DNA from: an uncultured delta proteobacterium
GTDB taxonomy: Bacteria; Myxococcota; Myxococcia; Myxococcales; 40CM-4-68-19
DNA: 33,525 nucleotides
Direction of reading: 5' to 3'
Assembly: GCA_903911145.1 (NCBI GenBank)
Contig: CAIWCD010000012.1
Span: 1 to 33,525 of the forward strand
Under the pieces are notes generated by a model. It was not told the origin of the DNA. It searched no databases and saw nothing but the letters and a program-made list of their open reading frames with translations. Position numbers and translations under genes: made by a program. Of the stretch, positions 24,192 through 33,193 are shown piece after piece (the first letter of the stretch is position 1; each line of letters starts with the position of its first letter).

Positions 24192-26744
24192 TCAGTGCGT
24201 CCAGCTCGACGTCTCGGTCCAGCCGTCGATCTGCACCTGCCCGGCACTTCCCGGCGTGCCCGATTGCGGGGCGGTGCCGCCCGAGACGGAGATACCGGCC
24301 GGAGCTGGCACGGTCACCGACGAGAGGCCGTTCGTGCTGAAGATCCGGACGGTGCCGCCGGAGCCACCGCTGCCAGTGGCTCCGGTCGCCGCGGCGCCGA
24401 GCGCGACCAGATCGCCGATGTCGTTCACTGTCGTGCCCGTCAGCGAGATCGTGCTCGCGTTGCCTCCCTGCAAGATGCCGGGGCCGCCGCTGACGTCGAT
24501 GCTGTTCGTGCTGGTCACCGCGCCGTTGTCCGAGCCCATCGAGACCGGCCTGCCGATTCCACCGGGACCGCTCGCGCTCGCGCCTCCCCGCGCGATGATC
24601 GTCCCGCTGTTGGTCACGCCGGTCAGTCCGTAGAAGCGAACACCGGCCGGAACCAGCGTGTTCAAAGTCGCGACGAGCCGGGTCGATGCTCCGCCCGTGA
24701 TGTCGATGTTGCCGGCGTTCACCACCTGCTCGAACGAATCGCCAGCAAAGAAGTAGGCCTGCTGCGTGGAGAGGCTCACGCTCCCGCTCGTCCCGCCACT
24801 GCCCGACCCGCCTGTTCCGCCGCGCGCGATCAGATCGGCATAGTTGATGACGCTACCGCCCGGGCCGTAGCCTGTTCCGTTCACGACGGCCGCACGGTTC
24901 TGGCAGTCCACACAGCCCACGGTGGGATTGTAGTAGGTATTGATCATCTGAATCGGCGCCCCGCTGCCGCCGTTCTGCAGGCCGTCTCCGCCGCTCGCGC
25001 TGAGCTGCGAATAGCCGTAGAGGATCACCTCCTGGCCGTTGGGCTGGTAGTTGGTATCGAACCAGATCGCGACGTTGCCGGCGCCGCCACCACCGGTGCC
25101 ACCGAATCCGCCTGAGCTGTTGAGATTGCCGGAGACCATCACGTCGCCGCCGGGAACGAGTCGGTTGTTTCCCGTCACGGCGGACCGCTGGCTTCCCGAC
25201 ATCTCGATGTAGATCAGGCCGCCGCTGCCGCCCGCGCCGTTCGCCGACGAGCCGCCGCGCGTCGTGATGGCGGCGTTGTTCACCACCGTGCCGGCGTAAG
25301 CATAGACGTCGATCTCCCTGCCGTTGCCCGCCGCGCAGCCCGTCGTGCAGCTCGCGGCGACGTCGCCGCCTTTGGATGTCAGCGTGCCGGAGTTGCGCAC
25401 CGAGGCCGCCGCCTTGTCACCTCCATAGAGGGCAATTCCACCAGCGCTGCCTCCCTGGGTCATGCCCGTTCCGCCGCTCGCGTCGATGGGGCCGGAGTTG
25501 TTCAGATCGAGGTACGGGTAGAACAACACCTGCCCGCCGTTGCCGCCGCTCCCACTCGAGCCGTTGCCGCCGGTGGTCTGGATGATGCCCGTGTTGAACA
25601 TCGAAGCCGGACTTCCGTTGTAGCCATTCATGCGGATCTGGCCGCCGTTGCCGCCGCTGCTCCCGTTGCCGCCAGTCGCAGAGATCAGCCCCTGGTTCCA
25701 GAGGGGAGAGGCGACGATGTCGATCCCTCCGCTGCTGGTCCCGTTGGCGCTCGAGGCGTCGATGCCATTGTTGAGAACCGCCGAGGTGGCATCGCCGAAA
25801 TAGGAGTCGGCGAGGATCAACAGCGCGACCTGCACCCCGGCGTTGGCGAGCGCAATCGTGCCCGCGTTCAGGATCGGGCCCTTGACCCTGAAATTGACCG
25901 GGTTCGACGGGAGGGGGATGAGCGTGACCGTCACGCCGGGCGCGATCGAGAGGCCAGTCACCTCCGTCGAGCCGCCGTCCGTCGGGTTGTCGAGCAGCGC
26001 GACGATGTCGTTCTTGTCGAGGTAGAGCGTGCCCGCGCCTGCGTCGGTGCTCAACGGGTCGAGCGATTCGATCGTGGTGTTCGCGGTGATGTTCGCCGGC
26101 GTCGCGCCGAGGTCGACCGCAGGCTTCGCCGGAAAGGTGAAGCTCGGGTCGGCCGCGCCGGTCTTGAAGACCTTGACGTGCCCGCCGATGGTGCCGTTCC
26201 AGAATCCGATCTGGATCTCGCCGCCGTTTCCGCCGCTGCCGGCGTCGCTGTTGCCGCCGAGCGCGCTGATGGTCGAGTCGCCGGGCGAGCCCACCGGCGC
26301 AATGATCGAGCCGACATTCTCCGCGCTGCCGCTGCAGACGTAGCTGGTGCTGGTGATTTCGCCGGGCTGGAGAATTCCGTCGTTCGCCGTGCCGCCGTGG
26401 GCGCCGTTGTCGAGGCCGCTGTCGATCCGCTGCCCACCGCCGGCGCAGTTCGCATCGCCGACCTCCAGCGTGGTCGTCTTCACGAGCGTGGTGAAACCAG
26501 CGGCGCCGTTGGTCCCGTTGGCGCCATTGCCACCGTCGACGCCGTTCGCGCCGTTGGTCCCGTTGGTTCCATTTGAGCCGTTGCAGACGATCTGCGGCGC
26601 ACCGCTATCGACGACGATCGAGACGCCGCCCGTCGGGCACTGCGCCCCTGGCGCGATCGCCGTCATGGTCACGGTCGACTTGCCGCAGGAGAGCGCGAGA
26701 AACACCAGCGACAAAGAGGCTGCGCGAAGAAACGTTCGAGTCAT
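24192..26744 (-). CDS. Glycine-rich surface lipoprotein, paralog 3 (850 aa)
   Basis: Signal peptide with lipobox LALSC, a (G-X-Y)9 segment, a DUF7151-like block (recalled from memory), repeated GG-x-GGxGG plus beta-strand units, and C-terminus IDGWTETSSWTH. Confidence 0.85.
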   Translation of the reverse strand: MTRTFLRAASLSLVFLALSCGKSTVTMTAIAPGAQCPTGGVSIVVDSGAPQIVCNGSNGTNGTNGANGVDGGNGANGTNGAAGFTTLVKTTTLEVGDANCAGGGQRIDSGLDNGAHGGTANDGILQPGEITSTSYVCSGSAENVGSIIAPVGSPGDSTISALGGNSDAGSGGNGGEIQIGFWNGTIGGHVKVFKTGAADPSFTFPAKPAVDLGATPANITANTTIESLDPLSTDAGAGTLYLDKNDIVALLDNPTDGGSTEVTGLSIAPGVTVTLIPLPSNPVNFRVKGPILNAGTIALANAGVQVALLILADSYFGDATSAVLNNGIDASSANGTSSGGIDIVASPLWNQGLISATGGNGSSGGNGGQIRMNGYNGSPASMFNTGIIQTTGGNGSSGSGGNGGQVLFYPYLDLNNSGPIDASGGTGMTQGGSAGGIALYGGDKAAASVRNSGTLTSKGGDVAASCTTGCAAGNGREIDVYAYAGTVVNNAAITTRGGSSANGAGGSGGLIYIEMSGSQRSAVTGNNRLVPGGDVMVSGNLNSSGGFGGTGGGGAGNVAIWFDTNYQPNGQEVILYGYSQLSASGGDGLQNGGSGAPIQMINTYYNPTVGCVDCQNRAAVVNGTGYGPGGSVINYADLIARGGTGGSGSGGTSGSVSLSTQQAYFFAGDSFEQVVNAGNIDITGGASTRLVATLNTLVPAGVRFYGLTGVTNSGTIIARGGASASGPGGIGRPVSMGSDNGAVTSTNSIDVSGGPGILQGGNASTISLTGTTVNDIGDLVALGAAATGATGSGGSGGTVRIFSTNGLSSVTVPAPAGISVSGGTAPQSGTPGSAGQVQIDGWTETSSWTH

Positions 26745-26821
26745 TGGACTCCCAAACAGAGCTGAGGCGAAAAGGGTTGGAGAGGATCGGTCCGTCGAGT
26801 GCGGTGAGCGCAGCCTCGAGG

Positions 26822-29410
26822 TCAGTGCGTCCAGCTCGACGTCAGGTTCCAGCCGTCGATGGTCACCGTCCCCACTTTGCCGGGCGTGCCCGCTTGCGCA
26901 GCCGCACCGCCCGCGACCGAAACGCCTCCGGGCGCCGCGACAGAGATGGACGACGAGCCCGCGGAACTCCCGATGACGATCGTACCTCCGGCGCCGCCTG
27001 AGCCCCCGACGGAAGCGCTCGCTGCGCCACCCTTCGCCACCAGGTCTGCGGAGACGGTGACTGTCGTTCCTTGAAGATCGAGCTGGGCAGAGCCGCCTCC
27101 CTGTGTGACGCCGTCGCCGCCACTCACGTCGATGGCGGCCGAGCTGATCACTTCGCCGTTGTCCGAGGTGAGCCTGGAACTGTTGGCGTCCGTGCCCCCG
27201 CTCGCAGCGAGGCCGACCCCACCTCTCGCGGTCAAAGGGCCGCTGTTGGTGACGCCGGTCAAACCGTAGAATTGGAAGGAGCCGCCGCTGCCGCCGCTCT
27301 GGCCGTCACCGCCACCGACATCCACGCGGCCCGTGTTGCGCACCTGCTCGAACGCGTCACCGGGGAAGTAGTAGCTCGACTGCGTAATCAGCTGAACCTG
27401 TCCGCCGCTGCCGCCGGAGCCAGCGCCGCTTGCGCCACCGCGCGAGACGAGATCGACGTCGTTGATCACGCTGCCGCCCGGTCCGTACGTCACGCTCTGC
27501 GCCTGCGCCTTGCACACGTTGCAGCCGTCCGAGCTGTAATAGGTGTTCTCGAGCTGAATCTCACCGCCGGATCCGCCTCCGATCGCCCCCGAACCACCGC
27601 TCGCGTCGATGCGCGCATATCCGTAGAGGATGATCTCCTGGCCGTTGGGCTGCACGTTCGGATCGAGATAGACGCCGAGCAGGCCCGCATTCCCGCCGCG
27701 CGTGGCCCCCGTGCCGCCGGAGCTGTCGACAGAGCCCGAAAGGACCAGATCGCCAGCCGGACTGAGCGGCACTCTCCCGGCGACGACCGCTGCGTTGCTC
27801 GCCCCCAGAGTGACGATGATCTGGCCGCCGGAGCCGCCCGCGCCGTTCGCCGACGAACCGCCACGCGACGTGAGGGCCGCGTTGTTCACCAGCGTTCCGT
27901 TGTTGGCCGCGAGGATCACCCCGCCACCGTTGCCGCCGATGCAGCTGACGACCTCGCCGAAGACGCAGCTTGCGTCGACGCTGCCGCCGATGGTGTGGAT
28001 CGTGCCGGAGTTGCGAGTCGAGCCGATGCCGCCCTCGCGGTCTCCCGCGTAGATCCCGACTTCGCCGCCGTTCCCGCCCACCGTCGTCCCCGAGCCGCCG
28101 ACAGCCGAGAGCGGTCCTGAGTTGTTCGCATCGAGCCCAACTTCGAAGACAACCGAGCCCGCGTTGCCGCCGCTGCCGAACGTGCCAGCACCGCCATTGG
28201 CCTCAACGATGCCCGTGTTGAACAGAGATGTTGGCGTCCCGCCGTTTGCGAGCAGATCGATCTTTCCGCCGTTGCCGCCGTTGCGCCCGGTGCCACCGTT
28301 GGCCGAGATGAGTCCCCGGTTCCAGATTGGCGAAGCACTGATAGAGATCCCGCCGCTGCTGGTTCCGTCGGCAACGCTCCCACTATTTCGCTGGCTCCTG
28401 GCATTGGTGAGAACTCCGTCGAGGCCGTTGTTGAGCACCTGCGACGTGCTGTCGCCGAAATAACCGCCGCTGCTCTTGACCACCAACAAGAGGCGGGCAC
28501 CGACGTTGCCGAGGACGATGGAGCCCGAGTTGAAGATCGAGCCGTTGACCCCGATCACGTAGGAGCTCCCCACTGACCCCGGGACGAGCGTGAGCGTCGC
28601 GCCCGCGCTGATCGAGAGGCTGGTCGCCTCGATCGAGCCGCCGTCGACCGCATCGTCGAGCATCGCAAGCGTGTTGTTGCTGTCGATGTAGAGCGTGCCC
28701 ACGCCGGCGTCGGTGTTCGACGGATCGAGCGGACCCACTGTGGTGTCCACCGCGATGTGTACAGGCGACGCGCCAGGATCGAACGTGGGCGCCGTCGGGA
28801 AGGCGAAGCTCGGATCGGCCGCACCGGTCTTGAAGACCTTCACGTGGCCGCCGAACGATCCGTTCCACATCTGAACGTAGACGCCATCGCTGTTGCCGCC
28901 GAAGCCGGCGTCGGCGCTGCCGCCCACCGCAGTGATCGTCGAATCTCCCGTCGCCCCCGAAGGCGCTGCGATCGAGCCGACAACGTCTCCGCTGCCATTG
29001 CAGACGTAGCTGGTGCTGGTGATCTCGCCGGCCTGGAGAATTCCGTCGTTCGCGGTGCCGCCGTGGGCGCCGTTGTCGAGGCCGCTGTCGATCTGCTGCC
29101 CGCCGCTCGCGCAGTTCGCGTCACCGACAGCAAGCATGGTCGTGCGCACGAGCGTGGTGAATCCGCTGCTGCCGTTGGTACCGTTCGTGCCGTTGCCTCC
29201 ATCGACGCCGTTGGTGCCATTGGTGCCGTTGGTGGCGTTCGACCCGTTGCAGATGATTTGCGGCGTGCCGTTGTCGATGCTGATCGACGTGCCGCCGGTC
29301 GGGCACTGCGCGCCGGGCGCGATCGGCATCACCGTCACAGTCGACTTGCCGCAGGAGATCGCGAGCACGCAGAGCAACGGCGGGACTGCACGGAGAGTGA
29401 ATCGGGTCAT
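26822..29410 (-). CDS. Glycine-rich surface lipoprotein, paralog 2 (862 aa)
   Basis: Signal/lipobox MTRFTLRAVPPLLCVLAISC. Colinear with its neighbours; ends IDGWNLTSSWTH. Confidence 0.85.
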   Translation of the reverse strand: MTRFTLRAVPPLLCVLAISCGKSTVTVMPIAPGAQCPTGGTSISIDNGTPQIICNGSNATNGTNGTNGVDGGNGTNGTNGSSGFTTLVRTTMLAVGDANCASGGQQIDSGLDNGAHGGTANDGILQAGEITSTSYVCNGSGDVVGSIAAPSGATGDSTITAVGGSADAGFGGNSDGVYVQMWNGSFGGHVKVFKTGAADPSFAFPTAPTFDPGASPVHIAVDTTVGPLDPSNTDAGVGTLYIDSNNTLAMLDDAVDGGSIEATSLSISAGATLTLVPGSVGSSYVIGVNGSIFNSGSIVLGNVGARLLLVVKSSGGYFGDSTSQVLNNGLDGVLTNARSQRNSGSVADGTSSGGISISASPIWNRGLISANGGTGRNGGNGGKIDLLANGGTPTSLFNTGIVEANGGAGTFGSGGNAGSVVFEVGLDANNSGPLSAVGGSGTTVGGNGGEVGIYAGDREGGIGSTRNSGTIHTIGGSVDASCVFGEVVSCIGGNGGGVILAANNGTLVNNAALTSRGGSSANGAGGSGGQIIVTLGASNAAVVAGRVPLSPAGDLVLSGSVDSSGGTGATRGGNAGLLGVYLDPNVQPNGQEIILYGYARIDASGGSGAIGGGSGGEIQLENTYYSSDGCNVCKAQAQSVTYGPGGSVINDVDLVSRGGASGAGSGGSGGQVQLITQSSYYFPGDAFEQVRNTGRVDVGGGDGQSGGSGGSFQFYGLTGVTNSGPLTARGGVGLAASGGTDANSSRLTSDNGEVISSAAIDVSGGDGVTQGGGSAQLDLQGTTVTVSADLVAKGGAASASVGGSGGAGGTIVIGSSAGSSSISVAAPGGVSVAGGAAAQAGTPGKVGTVTIDGWNLTSSWTH

Positions 29411-29513
29411 TGAATTTCCACCAGGCTTCAAGAAAGGGCGCGGCGCGCAATCAGTGAATGCGCAGCGCTGTCACGGAGAGATTCCAGTCGCGCAGAGAAC
29501 GAGCAGTTCACGC

Positions 29514-32123
29514 TCAGTGCGTCCAACTCGAGGTGAGATTCCAGCCGTCGATGTTCACCTGGCCCGCGGCGCCGGGCGTGCCCGACTGAAGTGCGGTGCC
29601 GCCCGCCACCGAGATACCCGCCGGCGCTGCCACCGTTACCGAGGAGAAACCAATCGTGCTGGTGATCTGGACGCCGCCGCCGGTGCCGCCGTTGCATTCT
29701 GCGGCGGTGGACACACCGCCCGCCGCGATCAGCGCGCCCGTATCGACCGCGGTCGTGCCTGCGAACACGATCGTGCCGGCCCCTCCACCGTTGGACCAGG
29801 AGCTTGCACCGCCGCTGACGTCGATGGTGTTCGAGTTGGTCACCACGCCATTGTCCGAGCCCAACCAGACCCCTTTGACGGAGCCCCCATTCAAACCCGC
29901 GCTCGCGCCGCCGCGCGCCGTGATCCCGCCGAGGTTGGTTACGCCAGTCAGGCCATAGAACCGGACCCCTGACGAATCCCCTCCATTCGACTCGGCGCCG
30001 GGCACCGTCGATGCACCGCCCGAGACGTCGATGTTGCCGGCGTTGATCACCTGCTCGAAGGCGTCGCCGCCGAAGTAGAACTGCGCCTGCGTGGAGAGAT
30101 TCAGCAAGCCGCCGCTGCCACCGATGCCGGTGCCGCCGGTGCCTCCTCGCGCGACGAGATCGGCGTAGTTGATCACGCTGCCTCCCGGTCCGTTGTTGGC
30201 GCCGTTCACGAGTGCCGAACGGAGCGCCCTGCACTCGTGGCAGATTCCCGGCGCGTAGTAGGTGTTGACCAGATCAAGCTCGGCGCCATTGCCGCCGTTG
30301 GTCGCGCCCGTACCGCCACTCGAGTTGAGCTGCGCGTAGCCGTAGAGGATCACCTCCTGGCCGTTGGGCTGGTAGTAGTTGTCGAAGGAGATCTGGACCG
30401 GCCCGGCGGCGCCGCCGTTCACGCCGCCGAACCCGCCAGAGCTGTCGATACTGCCGGAGAAGAGCAGGTCTCCCGGCGCGGTCAGGCGGGCGTTTCCGGT
30501 CACGGGCGAATTCTCTCCGGCGTCGACCAGGACGAAGACGCGAGCACCGGCGCCTCCCCTCCCGCCCCGTGAAGAGCCGCCGCGCGTCGAGATCGCGGCG
30601 TTGTTCGTCAGTGTGCCGCCCCAGTCCTGGACGTCGATTTCCGCGCCATTGCCCCCCGCGCAGGAGATGCCGTTCAACTGGGCGCAGCTCGCGGCAACGT
30701 CGCCGCCCTTTGCCGTCAGCGTGCCGGAATTGCGCAGCGCGGCCGAGACCCCGTAACCGCCGTAGAGGCCGATCTGTCCCGCCCATCCGCCTGCCGTCGT
30801 TCCGGCTCCGCCGCTCGCATCGATCGGGCCCGAGTTGTTCAGGTCGAGGTATGCCGCCAGGTGCACGTCGCCTCCGCTGCCGCCCGCGCCGTGTGCACCG
30901 ACGCCGCCCGTAGCCTGGATGATGCCGGTGTTGAACATCTCCGCCGCAGCGCCACGGTTTCCCTGGAGCGTGATGCCGCCGCCGTTGCCGCCGCTGGCCC
31001 CGTTGCCGCCTTTGGCCGAAAGAAGTCCCTCGTTCCAGATCGGCGAAGCGGTGATGACGATCCCGCCGCTGTGGCTTCCATTGGAGCTTGCACCGGCGTT
31101 CTGCAGCGCCCTGCCGGGAGGGAGCGCGGCGCCGTCGATGCCGTTGTTCAGGATCGCCGAGGTGATGTCGCCGAAGTAGGCGTTGGCGTTGATCTGCAGC
31201 GCGATCGCAGCGCCGACGTTGGCGAGCGTGATGGTGCCCGCGTTCACAATCGCGCCGTTGACCCCGAAGTAGGTCGTCGTCGCGTTGATCGCTGGGGTCA
31301 TGAAGACTGTCACGCCGGCCGCGATCGAGATGCCCGTCACCTCCGTCGAACCGCCGTCCTCCGGGTCGTCGAGTCGAGCAATCATGTTGTTGCCATCGAC
31401 GTAGAGCGTGCCCCTGCCCGCGTCGGTGCTCGATGGATCGAGCGAATCGATCGTGGTGTCTGCCGTGATGTTTGCAGGCGTCTCGCCGAGATCGACAACG
31501 GGCTTCTCCGGGAAGATGAAGCTCGGATCGGCCGCGCCGGTCCTGAAGACCTTCACGTGTCCGCCGATGGTGCCATTCTCGAAGCCGATGAAGATCACGC
31601 CGCCATCGCCACCAGCGCCCGCGTCGCTATCGCCACCCACCGCAGCGATCGTCGAGTCGCCCGCGGAGCCCGAGGGCGCAACGATCGAGCCGACGTTCTC
31701 GGCGCTGCCGTTGCAGACGTAGCTGGTGCTGGTGATCTCGCCGGCCTGGAGGATGCCGTCGTTCGCCGTGCCGCCGTTGGCGCCGTTGTCGAGGCCGCTG
31801 TCGATCCGCTGCCCGCCACCGGCGCAGTTCGCGTCGCCAACCAGCAGCGTTGTCGTCTTCACCAGCGTGGTGAACCCGTTGCTGCCATTGGTCCCGTTGG
31901 TGCCGTTGCCGCCGTCGACGCCGTTGGATCCGTTCGTGCCATTGGTCCCGTTCGTCCCGCTGCAGACGATCTGCGCCGCGCCGTTGTCGACAACGATCGA
32001 GATGCCGCCCGTCGGGCACTGCGCACCGGGCGCGATCTGCGTGACCGTCACAGTCGACTTGCCGCAGGTGATGGCGAGGCAAACGAGCGCCAGCGGCGCC
32101 ACGCGAAGAGACATACGAGTCAT
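29514..32123 (-). CDS. Glycine-rich surface lipoprotein, paralog 1 (869 aa)
   Basis: Signal/lipobox MTRMSLRVAPLALVCLAITC. Colinear with its neighbours; ends IDGWNLTSSWTH. Confidence 0.85.
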   Translation of the reverse strand: MTRMSLRVAPLALVCLAITCGKSTVTVTQIAPGAQCPTGGISIVVDNGAAQIVCSGTNGTNGTNGSNGVDGGNGTNGTNGSNGFTTLVKTTTLLVGDANCAGGGQRIDSGLDNGANGGTANDGILQAGEITSTSYVCNGSAENVGSIVAPSGSAGDSTIAAVGGDSDAGAGGDGGVIFIGFENGTIGGHVKVFRTGAADPSFIFPEKPVVDLGETPANITADTTIDSLDPSSTDAGRGTLYVDGNNMIARLDDPEDGGSTEVTGISIAAGVTVFMTPAINATTTYFGVNGAIVNAGTITLANVGAAIALQINANAYFGDITSAILNNGIDGAALPPGRALQNAGASSNGSHSGGIVITASPIWNEGLLSAKGGNGASGGNGGGITLQGNRGAAAEMFNTGIIQATGGVGAHGAGGSGGDVHLAAYLDLNNSGPIDASGGAGTTAGGWAGQIGLYGGYGVSAALRNSGTLTAKGGDVAASCAQLNGISCAGGNGAEIDVQDWGGTLTNNAAISTRGGSSRGGRGGAGARVFVLVDAGENSPVTGNARLTAPGDLLFSGSIDSSGGFGGVNGGAAGPVQISFDNYYQPNGQEVILYGYAQLNSSGGTGATNGGNGAELDLVNTYYAPGICHECRALRSALVNGANNGPGGSVINYADLVARGGTGGTGIGGSGGLLNLSTQAQFYFGGDAFEQVINAGNIDVSGGASTVPGAESNGGDSSGVRFYGLTGVTNLGGITARGGASAGLNGGSVKGVWLGSDNGVVTNSNTIDVSGGASSWSNGGGAGTIVFAGTTAVDTGALIAAGGVSTAAECNGGTGGGVQITSTIGFSSVTVAAPAGISVAGGTALQSGTPGAAGQVNIDGWNLTSSWTH

Positions 32124-32259
32124 GGAAATCCCGCCCGATGAATTTGATAGAGGCCGCGAAGAGCGGCGCAACCTACAGTCATCGTCCGACGGCGTGGGAG
32201 ACAAATTACTCGCGCGAAATCGATCGCAACGCCGCGAGCGGGAAGACTAGACTCGCCGC

Positions 32260-33090
32260 ATGATCGCGATCGCTCTCGCCCTCCTCGCCGCCGCGCCAAT
32301 CGCGCAACTCTCCGACGCACAACTCGATCAGAAGCTTGCAGGCGTGCAGAAGATGCTCGTCGTCGGCGACCGCATCGACGCTGTGAGTTCGCTCTTCGTC
32401 GGCACCCCCTACGTCGAATTCCCCCTCGGCGAAGGCGGCGACGGGCCGGAACCGCAGGCGCGCTGGCGGCTCGACGGCGTCGACTGCCAGACCTTCGTCG
32501 AGACGGTTCTCTCGCTCGCGAACGCGAAGTCGACCGCGCACGCCAAGGCGCTGCTCGATGACATCCGCTACAGCAAGCCGCCCCTCTCGTTCGCGCACCG
32601 CAATCACTTCACCGAGGCGCAGTGGCTGCCGGCGAACATCGAGAAGGGGTATCTGCGCGACGAGGTTCCTTCGATCGACGGGCGCGCGCCGGCGGCCGAC
32701 CTGCACCTCGCGCGCGCGAAGTGGAGCAAGCTGCCAGGCCTCGCGCGCCTCGCGAGCGCGGACATTCCCGAGGGGAAATTTCCCATCCGCTACCTCACTC
32801 CGGCGCAGCTCAAGAAGCGCGCGTCGAGCATCGAGATCGGCTCGGTGATCCTCGTGGTGCGCGAAGATGATCCGAAACGCATCGTGCGCACGAGCCACAT
32901 GGGATTCGTGCTGCGCGGCCCGCGCGGGCTCTTCGTGCGGCACGCGACCAGCGGCGCGGAGCACAAGGTGATCGACGAGCCACTCGATGACTATCTGACG
33001 CGCATGGACAGCTTCAAGAAGTGGCGCGTGATCGGCTTCGGTCTGGCAATGCCTCTCGACGCGAAGGTGCGCGCGGGGCAGGTGCAGTAG
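32260..33090 (+). CDS. Secreted DUF1460 N-acetylmuramoyl-L-alanine amidase-like protein (NlpC/P60 superfamily)
   Basis: Signal-like N-terminus, GTPY..PLGEG, catalytic DCQTFVE, RNHF, SHMG and RHATS. Confidence 0.82.
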   Translation: MIAIALALLAAAPIAQLSDAQLDQKLAGVQKMLVVGDRIDAVSSLFVGTPYVEFPLGEGGDGPEPQARWRLDGVDCQTFVETVLSLANAKSTAHAKALLDDIRYSKPPLSFAHRNHFTEAQWLPANIEKGYLRDEVPSIDGRAPAADLHLARAKWSKLPGLARLASADIPEGKFPIRYLTPAQLKKRASSIEIGSVILVVREDDPKRIVRTSHMGFVLRGPRGLFVRHATSGAEHKVIDEPLDDYLTRMDSFKKWRVIGFGLAMPLDAKVRAGQVQ

Positions 33091-33193
33091 CCTTCCCGCC
33101 CGCGACACGAGCCGCCGGCCCGGTGTAGAATTACCGCTCGATTTTTCTGCCCCGCCCAGGTGCGATTCGGCGGCGGGCAGCGGGGACCGGACC

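Noticed and set aside
30230..30245. c-type heme-binding site in paralog 1 (CHEC)
   Set aside because: The motif is CxxCR, not CxxCH, and the other paralogs have CVDCQ and CNVCK.
24192..32123. Diversity-generating retroelement or invertible cassette system acting on the paralog array
   Set aside because: There is no reverse transcriptase, adenine-specific template/variable repeat pair or adjacent invertase. All three genes are full length with their own signal peptides.
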